Below are positions 35,624-43,922 of a stretch of 64,000 nucleotides of DNA, piece by piece; the stretch's first letter is position 1; the number at the start of each line of letters is the position of its first letter. The DNA lies in contig DAOVJY010000002.1 of assembly GCA_030632085.1 (NCBI GenBank), positions 13,325 through 77,324 on the forward strand. Direction: 5' to 3'. Below the pieces are notes generated by a model that searched no databases, had not been told where the DNA came from, and was given only the letters and a program-made list of their open reading frames with translations. Origin of the DNA: Candidatus Omnitrophota bacterium (GTDB lineage Bacteria; Omnitrophota; Gorgyraeia; JAGLLT01). The position numbers were made by a program, and so were the translations under genes.

Positions 35624-38600
35624 ATGGCAAGTAAAATGAAAACCATGGATGGTAACACAGCGGCCGCCTATATAGGCCATGCCACAAATGAAGTAATCGC
35701 AATATATCCCATAACTCCTTCATCCGGAGTGGGGGAAATGGCTGACGCGAAATCCGCCAAGGGAGAAGTTAATATTTGGGGCCAGGTACCAACTGTATCC
35801 GAGCTTCAGTCGGAAGCGGGTGCTGCGGGAACTGTACACGGCGCCTTGACAGCCGGCAGCATGACTACAACATTTACCGCTTCTCAAGGCCTGCTTTTAA
35901 TGATTCCTAACATGCATAAAATAGCAGGTGAACTTACACCTGCTGTTTTTTATGTGACCGCTAGAACTGTGGCCTCACATGCTTTATCCATTTTTTGTGA
36001 CCACTCTGATATTATGGCAGTGCGCTCGACCGGTTTTGCCATTCTTTCCGGTTCCAGTGTTCAAGAGGTTATGGATTTAGCCTTAGTGGCTCAAGCGGCT
36101 ACATTGGAATCCAGAGTTCCGTTTGTTTTTACCTATGACGGCTTCAGGACTTCACATGAAATTCAAAAGATAGAAGAAATTGATTTTGCGAGCATGAAAT
36201 CTCTTATAAAAAATGAATACTTAAGAAGCCATAGGCTCAGGGGACTTAATCCTGAAAGGCCGGTTTTAAGGGGTACTTCTCAGAATCCGGATGTTTTTTT
36301 TCAGGAAAGGGAAACCGTAAACGCGTATTATGATAAATGCCCTCAGATAGTTGAGGATGTAATGAAGAGATTTAAAGAAGTTGTCGGTAGGGAATATAAA
36401 CTTTTTGAGTATGTCGGAGCCCCGGACGCCGAGCGCGTCATTTTGATTATGGGTTCTGCCGCCGAGACGGTTCACGAGGCAGTTGATTATCTGGTTGCTC
36501 AAGGTGAAAAAGTAGGCGTTCTAAAGGTAAAATTGTTCAGGCCTTTCTCGATAGAGCATTTTATTAAGGCTTTACCTGCCAGCGTTAAGAAAATTGCTGT
36601 TTTGGATAGGACTAAAGAGCCTGGAGCTTTAGGCGAACCACTTTACCTTGACGCGCGCTCAGCTATTGGTGAAGCTATGGAAAAAGGTATAGCTACGCTT
36701 AAGGAGTATCCGGTAATTGTTGGCGGCAGGTATGGCTTGGGTTCTAAAGAGTTTACGCCGGCTATGGTAAGAGGTGTTTTTGATAACCTTTCTTTAGATA
36801 AAAACAAAATAAAGAATCATTTTACTGTTGGTATCAATGACGATTTAACTCATACAAGCTTGGAATATAATGCTGAATTCTCAACTGAAGACCCTGATAC
36901 TTTCAGGGGTATTTTTTACGGTTTGGGTTCAGATGGTACTGTGGGAGCTAATAAGAATTCAATTAAAATAATCGGTGAGTTGACTGATAATTATGTCCAA
37001 GGTTATTTTGTTTATGATTCCAAGAAAGCCGGTTCAAAAACAGTTTCACATTTAAGATTCGGCAAACATCTCATCAGAGGAACTTATCTGATAAGTAAAG
37101 CTAACTTTGTAGCTTGTCACAATTTTTCGTTTTTAGAGAAATATGATGTTTTAGGAGCAGCTGAAGATAAGGCTACTTTTCTTTTAGCCAGTCCTTTTTC
37201 AAAAGATGAGGTCTGGGATAAAATGCCTATAGAGGTGCAGAAACAGATAATTGATAAGAAATTAAAATTTTATGTAATTCAAGCTTATAAACTAGCCGGG
37301 GAAATCGGTCTTGGAGTGAGAATAAATGTAATAATGCAGACCGCTTTTTTTGCTATTAGTGAAGTAATTGATAAAAATAAAGCTGTTGAGGCTATTAAGG
37401 ACGCGATTATAAAGTCCTATGGGAAAAAGGGTGAAAGCGTGGTTAATATGAATAACCAGGCTGTAGATAAAGCCCTTGAAGCTATTGAAGAAGTTATTGT
37501 TCCCAAGGAAGCAACCAGTAAAATAAAAATACCGGCTGCGGTACCCGATGAGGCTCCTGAATTTGTAAAGAATGTAACAGCAAAAATAATCGTGGATAAA
37601 GGTGATGAGCTTCCGGTTTCCGCCTTTCCGAAGGATGGGACTTTTCCGACAGCGACATCGCAGTATGAAAAACGAAACATTGCTATAAACATTCCTGAAT
37701 GGGATCCTGAAATATGTATCCAGTGTGGCCAGTGTTCATTAGTTTGTCCGCACGCGGCTATCAGGATGAAGATGTATGATAAAAAGCTTTTAGATAAAGC
37801 TCCTGTTACTTTTAAGCATATGCAGGCAAAAGGAAAAGATTTAGAAGGCAAGGCATTAACTATACAAGTGGCTCCCGAGGATTGTACCGGTTGCGGTGCT
37901 TGTGTTAATATCTGTCCAATTACGCGAAAAGATAAAGACAATAAGCCTACAGGCAGAAAAGCGCTTAATATGGTACCTCAAATTGACAGGCGTCTAAAAG
38001 AAAAAGATAATTTCACATTTTTCTTATCGCTTCCGGATATGAAAGCTGAAGATTTACCAGTTGGTATAGGGACTTTAAAAGGTTCTCAGTTAATGAGGCC
38101 TTTATTTGAGTTTTCCGGTGCTTGTGCCGGTTGCGGTGAAACACCCTATGTAAAACTACTTTCTCAACTTTTTGGAGACAGGGCTTTAATTGCCAACGCG
38201 ACCGGCTGTACTTCAATTTACGGTGGTAATTTACCGACAACACCCTATTGCGTTAGAAATGATGGCAGGGGCCCCGCTTGGTCAAACTCTTTATTCGAGG
38301 ATAACGCTGAGTTTGGTTTTGGTATGCGCCTGGCTGTTGAACAGTTATCGGAAAAAGCCAAACTTCTTTTAAAAGATGTAGCTGAAAAAATATCTGATAA
38401 AAAATCGCTTATTGATGAAATTATAACAACCAGCCAGATAACTCATGATGAGATAGATAAACAAAGATTTAGAATTGAAGAATTAAGAGAAGCCCTAAAA
38501 AAATTCAGTAGTGAGGCGAAGGTAGCTGAGTTACTTGAAATACTGGATTACCTGGTGAAAAAATCAGTTTGGATTTTAGGTGGTGACGGCTGGGCTTATG

Positions 38601-39283
38601 ATATCGGCTATGGCGGTTTGGATCATGTGCTGGCTTGCGGAAAAAATGTAAATGTTCTGGTGCTGGATACGGAAGTATATTCAAATACAGGCGGGCAGAT
38701 GTCTAAAGCTACTCCTATGGGAGCTGTTGCTAAGTTCGCGGCTGCCGGCAAGCCGATATTTAAAAAAGACCTGGGTTTACTGGCTATGGCTTACGGTAAT
38801 ATTTATGTGGCCAGGATAGCTATGGGTGCTAATCCGGCTCAAGCGATAAAGGCTTTTGTTGAGGCTGAAAGTTACGACGGCCCTTCGATTATTATAGCTT
38901 ACAGTCACTGTATAGCCCACGGAATTAATATGACTAAAGGTATGGAGCAGCAGAAAAAAGCTGTCGCTTGCGGTTGCTGGCCGTTAATAAGATTTAACCC
39001 TGATCTTTTAAAAGAAGGTAAGAATCCTCTACAGCTTGATTCGAGGGAACCTAGTATACCTCTGGAGGATTACATTTATAATGAAAACAGATTTAAAACT
39101 CTTAAGAAATCCAACCCTCAAAGGGCTAAAGAATTATTAGACTTGGCTCAGCATGAGGTTAATTGCAGATTCAAGAGATATCAATATATGGCTAAGATGG
39201 ATTGTTCTCAAGAAACAAGTATAAAGTCATCAGTCATACCCTTTCGGGCACAGGCAAGTCACAAGCAAGAAGCAAATAGCTAA
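35624..39283 (+). CDS. nifJ: pyruvate:ferredoxin (flavodoxin) oxidoreductase, single-polypeptide NifJ/Por type
   Basis: About 1219 aa from the ATG at 35624 (the ORF-track start at 35597 is an upstream TTG). Ferredoxin-domain Cys motifs (CIQCGQCSLVCP, CTGCGACVNICP), TPP domain GGDGWAYDIGYGGLDH. The last about 20 codons are derived from the intergenic repeat module. Confidence 0.93.
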   Translation: MASKMKTMDGNTAAAYIGHATNEVIAIYPITPSSGVGEMADAKSAKGEVNIWGQVPTVSELQSEAGAAGTVHGALTAGSMTTTFTASQGLLLMIPNMHKIAGELTPAVFYVTARTVASHALSIFCDHSDIMAVRSTGFAILSGSSVQEVMDLALVAQAATLESRVPFVFTYDGFRTSHEIQKIEEIDFASMKSLIKNEYLRSHRLRGLNPERPVLRGTSQNPDVFFQERETVNAYYDKCPQIVEDVMKRFKEVVGREYKLFEYVGAPDAERVILIMGSAAETVHEAVDYLVAQGEKVGVLKVKLFRPFSIEHFIKALPASVKKIAVLDRTKEPGALGEPLYLDARSAIGEAMEKGIATLKEYPVIVGGRYGLGSKEFTPAMVRGVFDNLSLDKNKIKNHFTVGINDDLTHTSLEYNAEFSTEDPDTFRGIFYGLGSDGTVGANKNSIKIIGELTDNYVQGYFVYDSKKAGSKTVSHLRFGKHLIRGTYLISKANFVACHNFSFLEKYDVLGAAEDKATFLLASPFSKDEVWDKMPIEVQKQIIDKKLKFYVIQAYKLAGEIGLGVRINVIMQTAFFAISEVIDKNKAVEAIKDAIIKSYGKKGESVVNMNNQAVDKALEAIEEVIVPKEATSKIKIPAAVPDEAPEFVKNVTAKIIVDKGDELPVSAFPKDGTFPTATSQYEKRNIAINIPEWDPEICIQCGQCSLVCPHAAIRMKMYDKKLLDKAPVTFKHMQAKGKDLEGKALTIQVAPEDCTGCGACVNICPITRKDKDNKPTGRKALNMVPQIDRRLKEKDNFTFFLSLPDMKAEDLPVGIGTLKGSQLMRPLFEFSGACAGCGETPYVKLLSQLFGDRALIANATGCTSIYGGNLPTTPYCVRNDGRGPAWSNSLFEDNAEFGFGMRLAVEQLSEKAKLLLKDVAEKISDKKSLIDEIITTSQITHDEIDKQRFRIEELREALKKFSSEAKVAELLEILDYLVKKSVWILGGDGWAYDIGYGGLDHVLACGKNVNVLVLDTEVYSNTGGQMSKATPMGAVAKFAAAGKPIFKKDLGLLAMAYGNIYVARIAMGANPAQAIKAFVEAESYDGPSIIIAYSHCIAHGINMTKGMEQQKKAVACGCWPLIRFNPDLLKEGKNPLQLDSREPSIPLEDYIYNENRFKTLKKSNPQRAKELLDLAQHEVNCRFKRYQYMAKMDCSQETSIKSSVIPFRAQASHKQEANS

Positions 39284-39500
39284 TAGCTAAGAGCAAAGGG
39301 CAAACACAGGATTAAGGATTAAGAATTAAGGATTAAGTAAAAAACAAGATACAAAAAACAAGTACAAAGTCACAAGACACAAGTTGTAAGTCACATGACA
39401 TAAGTCACAAGTAAAAAACAAAAACAAAAGAACAAAAAGATAAGACACAAGAAATAAGTTATAAGTCATACCCTTTCGGGCACAGGCAAGACACAGGTCA
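39232..39500 (+). repeat. modular A/C-rich intergenic repeat locus 2 (modules D, A heptads, B decamers, C A/C tracts, D)
   Basis: agtcataccctttcgggcacaggcaag at 39232-58 (inside the PFOR 3' end) and again at 39464-90. Heptads gattaag/aattaag at 39310-37. aagtcacaag / aagacacaag decamers. caaaaacaaaagaacaaaaaga tracts. Almost T-free on the + strand. Confidence 0.8.
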
Positions 39501-39526
39501 CAAGAAACAAAAAAGTAAAGATGTCC

Positions 39527-39649
39527 CTTGCTTAAACAAAGGTAAATTCTCTTTGACAATTTACCTTTAAGCTTCGGGATTAATTCGGGCTTATCATTTA
39601 CGACAGCGAAGCTGACGTAAATGATGCCCTCATTAAGAGGAGGGTTTGT
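39527..39649 (+). promoter_or_regulatory. conserved cis-module copy 2: palindrome AAAGGTAAATT-N9-AATTTACCTTT, TTAATTC, hairpin, anti-SD/SD
   Basis: Inverted repeat at 39538-39568 with spacer ctctttgac (contains TTGACA). ttaattc at 39580-86. Hairpin 39593-39625 with compensatory changes relative to copy 1. gccctcattaagaggagg. ATG at 39650. Confidence 0.55.
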
Positions 39650-39838
39650 ATGAAAGCTGTAGTAATTAAAGATTTATGTACCGGTTGCGGCCTTTGTGTC
39701 AGCACCTGTCCTGATGTTTTTGAAATGGTTGGTGATGTAGCGGAAGTTAAAGGAGATGTTGTACCTGAAGCCGCCGAGGATACCGCGAAAGAGGCTACTC
39801 AGAATTGTCCTGTAGAGGCCATAACCATCGAAGAATAG
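39650..39838 (+). CDS. fdx: 4Fe-4S ferredoxin (single-cluster type)
   Basis: 62 aa. CTGCGLCVSTCP plus the distal Cys in NCPVEA. Confidence 0.85.
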   Translation: MKAVVIKDLCTGCGLCVSTCPDVFEMVGDVAEVKGDVVPEAAEDTAKEATQNCPVEAITIEE

Positions 39839-39845
39839 TTTATAT

Positions 39846-40174
39846 ATGTTAGAAGAGCTTCAATCAACTTTAAAGGATTACATTCAAGCCGGTCAGGTAC
39901 TTTCTTACCTGACCGCTTTTGTTAGCGGTTTTTTCCTGAGTTTTACCTCGTGCATATATTCTCTAATTCCGGTAACTTTAGGCTATATAGGGGCGACGGA
40001 TACGAATTGTCATCGAGCTTTTATGTTATCTCTAACTTATGTTTTAGGGATAAGCGCTATGGGGTTAGGGGCGTGCCGTACATGGTTATAATTGATAAAA
40101 CCGGGAAAATTAAATGGACGGGCCATATATTGGATAATACTGCCAGAACTATACTAAGAGAACTTTTTAGTTAG
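39846..40174 (+). pseudogene. remnant of a CcdA/DsbD-type thiol-disulfide transporter fused out of frame to a TlpA/ResA-like thioredoxin C-terminus
   Basis: Frame A (39846-40091) gives the CcdA TM1-2 signature FLSFTSCIYSLIPVTLGYIGA and then a stop. A different frame (to 40174) gives RGVPYMVIIDKTGKIKWTGHIL, the C-terminal GVP-T-F-ID-GKI motif of TlpA-like thioredoxins. TM3-6 and the CxxC region are missing. Confidence 0.6.
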
Positions 40175-40183
40175 GGGAATGAT

Positions 40184-41311
40184 ATGATAAAACCAAATCC
40201 TTTTACTCCGCAGTCGGGCTGGGAACCGAGATTTTTTGGAGGCCGGGAGGAAGAGCTGAATTTTTTTGAAAAGGTACTCTCTCAAAGCATAAGAGACCAG
40301 GCCAATCATGTGGTCATTTTAGGAGAGTGGGGTACGGGAAAGACCTCACTATCTAAACAACTGAAGAAGATAGCTCAATCTCAGGGGTACCCGACGGCTT
40401 TTTGTCCTTTAAGTAACATAAGTTCCAAGTCGGCCTTAAAAGACACTATCAACCTTATAGCTCAGGAGATGCTTCTAGGCCTTCCTAAGGACTCAACAGC
40501 CATAGGTATGGAAAACATTTTAAATGAGTTAGGTAAATTACAGCCACAGGTTAAGTTTACTAAGTTTTTGGTAAATTTATGGCAAGTCATAGAAGCTAAG
40601 ATGGCGGTGGTGTTTATTGATGATGTGCAGAATTTAGATATTAATTCCGGGGTTATTGATACCCTGCGTTCTGTTTTAAGCAGGGATGAAGTAATAAAAA
40701 GTACTAATTATTTGTTTGTTTTATTGTCAACGCCCAGGGGCTGGCAGGATTTTATAGATAAACATAATCCGGTAGGCCGTTTTTTTAGAAAAAGAATATA
40801 TTTGGAGAACCTCAATCAGACGGAAACAAGTGAAATAATTGATAAAACATTAAATGAAACCGAAATTAGTTTCGGTGAAAACATTAAAAAGGATGTTTAT
40901 GATAATACTAAAGGACATCCTTATGAATTACAGCTTTTATGCAGTAATCTATATGATGATCAGCTCCAAGATACTATTACTAATGAGATTTTTAACAAGG
41001 CTTTAAAAAATACTTTACGGGAATTAGGTAAAGATTATTTTGAAGCTCTTTACAGAAGAGCGAGTGATAGAGAGAAAGAGGTCTTGTCTATTTTAGTGGA
41101 AAAAAATAAACCTCTTAGTATATCAGACATTCGCTCAATAATGATAATCGAGAAAAGAAAGGCCGGCTTTCCTATCGCGAATATTAAAAATTTTCTCTAT
41201 CGTCTCTACGAAAAAGAGATTATAAAAAGAAGAGATACGGGTGAGTTTGAAATAATAGATCCTATGTTTACTAAATACCTGGAGATTTTTGAATTGAAAA
41301 AAGGAGTATAA
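40184..41311 (+). CDS. AAA+ ATPase of the archaeal-ATPase (PF01637-like) family, orphan
   Basis: 375 aa. NPFTPQ...FFGGREEELNFF N-terminus, Walker A ILGEWGTGKTSL, Walker B VVFIDDVQNL, and a C-terminal winged-helix-like region. Confidence 0.65.
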   Translation: MIKPNPFTPQSGWEPRFFGGREEELNFFEKVLSQSIRDQANHVVILGEWGTGKTSLSKQLKKIAQSQGYPTAFCPLSNISSKSALKDTINLIAQEMLLGLPKDSTAIGMENILNELGKLQPQVKFTKFLVNLWQVIEAKMAVVFIDDVQNLDINSGVIDTLRSVLSRDEVIKSTNYLFVLLSTPRGWQDFIDKHNPVGRFFRKRIYLENLNQTETSEIIDKTLNETEISFGENIKKDVYDNTKGHPYELQLLCSNLYDDQLQDTITNEIFNKALKNTLRELGKDYFEALYRRASDREKEVLSILVEKNKPLSISDIRSIMIIEKRKAGFPIANIKNFLYRLYEKEIIKRRDTGEFEIIDPMFTKYLEIFELKKGV

Positions 41312-41315
41312 AAGC

Positions 41316-41771
41316 ATGACTGACCTTGAAGATAAAATTAAAAAAGATACAATAGAAGCCTTGAAAAATAAGGACGGAGTAAAAGTGACAACTTTAAGAA
41401 TGCTCCAAGCGGCTATCCAGCGCAAAGCTATTGAAAACAGGAAAGAAGAATTAAAAGAAGAAGATGTTTTACAGGTTTTAAAAAAGCAAGTGAAGCAAAT
41501 TAAAGATTCTATTGAAGCTTTTACTAACGGTAACAGAAATGATTTGGTTGAAAAAGAAAAAGTGTCCTTAAGCATCCTTAAGGATTATTTGCCTCCTCAG
41601 GCAAGCCTTGAAGAAATAAAAGAGGTAGTTTTAAAAATTAAAGATGAAATAAATCCTCAGTTGCCCGCTGATTTCGGCAAGGTTATGAAAGAAGCTATGG
41701 CTGTTTTAAAAGGAAAAGCAGACGGCAAAGATGTAAGTGTGATAATAAAACAACTTCTTTTAAAAAAATAA
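41316..41771 (+). CDS. yqeY: GatB/YqeY domain protein
   Basis: 151 aa. Helical GatB_Yqey family (LKNKDGVKVTTLRMLQAAIQ...ISILKDYLPPQAS). Confidence 0.85.
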   Translation: MTDLEDKIKKDTIEALKNKDGVKVTTLRMLQAAIQRKAIENRKEELKEEDVLQVLKKQVKQIKDSIEAFTNGNRNDLVEKEKVSLSILKDYLPPQASLEEIKEVVLKIKDEINPQLPADFGKVMKEAMAVLKGKADGKDVSVIIKQLLLKK

Positions 41772-41775
41772 ATAG

Positions 41776-42546
41776 ATGAAAACGCTCAAATTTATAGGCA
41801 CAGCCGGTGCCAGATTCGCAATGCTGAGACAGTTGAGGGCTTCAGGTGGTTTGTGGCTTAAGTGGGAGGAGACTAATTTGTTAATAGATCCGGGGCCCGG
41901 CTCTCTCGTGGGATGTTTAAAGTCGCGTCCTAAATTAAATCCTCTGGATTTAGATGGTATTATTTTAACCCATCGCCATCTGGATCATTCAGGAGATATT
42001 AATGTGATGATAGAAGCTATGACCGAAGGGGGTCATAAAAAAAAGGGTATAGTTGTTGCTCCTTATGATGCTCTGGAGATTGATCCGGTAATCTTAAGGT
42101 ATAACCGTAATTATGTTGACAAGATAGAAATTTTAAAGGAAAATGAGACCTATAAAATTAAAGAGGTTTCATTTCAGGCCGCGATAGAGCATGTTCATGG
42201 CTGTGAGACTTACGGCCTTAATTTTAAGGCTGGTAAAAAAGTCCTTCTTTCTATCATAACTGATACTCAGTATTTTGAAGGTATTGAAAAATATTACCCG
42301 GGGGATATCCTGGTGGTAAATATTTTGTTATTTAATGAAAAAAATCATGTAAAGCATCTTAGCTTAGCTGATGCCAGATTAATTTTAAAAAATAGTAATT
42401 GCCGGGTTTTTATCATGACTCATTTTGGTATGAAGATGCTTAAGAATAAACCCCATGAAATCGCCCGTGAGCTTCAAGATGAATTTAAAGATAAACAAAT
42501 TATCGCCGCCTATGACGGCATGACTTTTGATTTAGAAAAGCGTTAA
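41776..42546 (+). CDS. MBL-fold metallo-hydrolase
   Basis: 256 aa. THRHLDHSGD metal-binding motif. Confidence 0.7.
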   Translation: MKTLKFIGTAGARFAMLRQLRASGGLWLKWEETNLLIDPGPGSLVGCLKSRPKLNPLDLDGIILTHRHLDHSGDINVMIEAMTEGGHKKKGIVVAPYDALEIDPVILRYNRNYVDKIEILKENETYKIKEVSFQAAIEHVHGCETYGLNFKAGKKVLLSIITDTQYFEGIEKYYPGDILVVNILLFNEKNHVKHLSLADARLILKNSNCRVFIMTHFGMKMLKNKPHEIARELQDEFKDKQIIAAYDGMTFDLEKR

Positions 42547-42667
42547 AAATAAGTCACAAAAGATAAGTCATAAGTCACATGACACAAGTCACAAGACAAA
42601 TAGCTAAGAGCAAAAAACAAAAGAACGAAAAACAAAAAACTAAAAAAAACAAGAAATTGAACTACTC
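42547..42667 (+). repeat. modular A/C-rich intergenic repeat locus 3
   Basis: aagtcacaaaagataagtcataagtcacatgacacaagtcacaagac, then aaatagctaagagc, then caaaaaacaaaagaacgaaaaacaaaaaactaaaaaaaacaag. Same modules and order as locus 2. Confidence 0.8.
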
Positions 42668-42760
42668 CTTGCTTAAACAAAGGTAAATTATCAAAGAGAA
42701 TTTACCTTTAAGCTTCGGAGTTAATTCTCCGCCTAAGGCGGATCATTAAGGAGTATAACA
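42668..42760 (+). promoter_or_regulatory. conserved cis-module copy 3 (palindrome with inverted spacer, TTAATTC, GC hairpin, ATCATTAAGGAG)
   Basis: aaaggtaaatt (42679-89), atcaaagag, aatttaccttt (42699-709). The spacer is the reverse complement of copy 2's. ttaattc at 42721-27. Hairpin tccgcctaaggcgga. tcattaaggag. ATG at 42761. Confidence 0.55.
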
Positions 42761-43921
42761 ATGGAATTTTCCAAAAGAGCGCAAGTCATAATGGCCTCTC
42801 CGACTTTAGCCATTACTTCCAAGGCTAAAAAAATGAAGGCGGATGGAGAAGATGTGGTAAATTTTGCCGCCGGGGAACCGTTTTTTGATACACCCGATCA
42901 AATCAAACAGGCAGCTATCGAGGCCATTCAAGAAGGTTTTACTAAATATACGCCGGCAGCCGGAGCACCATTTTTAAAGAGGGCTATTTGTCAGAAGTTT
43001 AGGAATGATAACGGTATTGATTATGATGAAAATCAAATTGTTGTTTCCTGCGGAGCTAAACATTCTTTGTTTAACATTATGGAAATTCTCTGCGATGAAA
43101 AGGATGAGGTTATTTTTTCCGCTCCTTACTGGGTAAGTTACCCGGAGATGGTAAGGTTTGCGGGGGGCCAACCCATAATAATAAAGACATTAGAAAAAAA
43201 CGATTTTAAATTTAAAGCGGATACCTTAAGAAAATATATTACTAATAAAACTAAAATACTTATTTTAAACAGTCCTTCCAACCCCACGGGAGCGATGTAT
43301 ACTCGAGACGAATTAGAGGAAATTGCCGAAGTGGCTGTAAAGAATAATCTTTATGTTATCAGTGATGAAATATATGAAAAGATAATTTATGGTAGCAAAA
43401 AACATGTTTCTATCGCTTCTTTAGGTAAGGACATTTATAAGCGAACTATTACGGTAAATGGTGTTTCAAAGACTTATTCTATGACAGGATGGCGTATTGG
43501 TTATTTAGGGGCACCTGAAGCTATAGCTTCCAAGATTAAGAATTTGCAGAGTCATTCAACTTCAAATCCCGCTTCTATCAGCCAGAAAGCGGCTTACGCG
43601 GCTTTAAGTTGTGATGAGTCTATAATCGGAAATATGGTTTCTGAATTTAATGTAAGGCGCAAGTTAATGGTTAAAGGCCTTAATTCGGTTAAGGGATTTT
43701 CATGTAAATCACCCGACGGGGCTTTTTATTGTTTTTGCAATACAAGAGAAACTAATATGAATTCTATGGATTTGGCTAATAAGCTTTTAAAGGAACAAAA
43801 AATAGCGGTTATTCCCGGTATAGCTTTTGGCCAGGAGTATTATTTAAGATTCAGTTTTTCGTGTGACACTGAACAGATTGAAAAAGGGATATCCAGATTG
43901 AGGGAGGCATTCGCGAGCTAA
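42761..43921 (+). CDS. aspC: aspartate/aromatic aminotransferase (class I PLP)
   Basis: 386 aa. Overall AAT-like similarity with PLP-Lys in the NGVSKTYSMTGWRIGY region and NSPSNPTG. Confidence 0.88.
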   Translation: MEFSKRAQVIMASPTLAITSKAKKMKADGEDVVNFAAGEPFFDTPDQIKQAAIEAIQEGFTKYTPAAGAPFLKRAICQKFRNDNGIDYDENQIVVSCGAKHSLFNIMEILCDEKDEVIFSAPYWVSYPEMVRFAGGQPIIIKTLEKNDFKFKADTLRKYITNKTKILILNSPSNPTGAMYTRDELEEIAEVAVKNNLYVISDEIYEKIIYGSKKHVSIASLGKDIYKRTITVNGVSKTYSMTGWRIGYLGAPEAIASKIKNLQSHSTSNPASISQKAAYAALSCDESIIGNMVSEFNVRRKLMVKGLNSVKGFSCKSPDGAFYCFCNTRETNMNSMDLANKLLKEQKIAVIPGIAFGQEYYLRFSFSCDTEQIEKGISRLREAFAS

Positions 43922-43922
43922 G

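Noticed and set aside
39326-39559. 77-aa minus-strand ORF (LFLFFTCDLCHVTYNLCLVT...) and the 103-aa ORF at 46877-47188
   Set aside because: They are generated by translating the A/C-rich repeat modules on the opposite strand, and their low-complexity Leu/Phe/Cys strings are not genuine genes.
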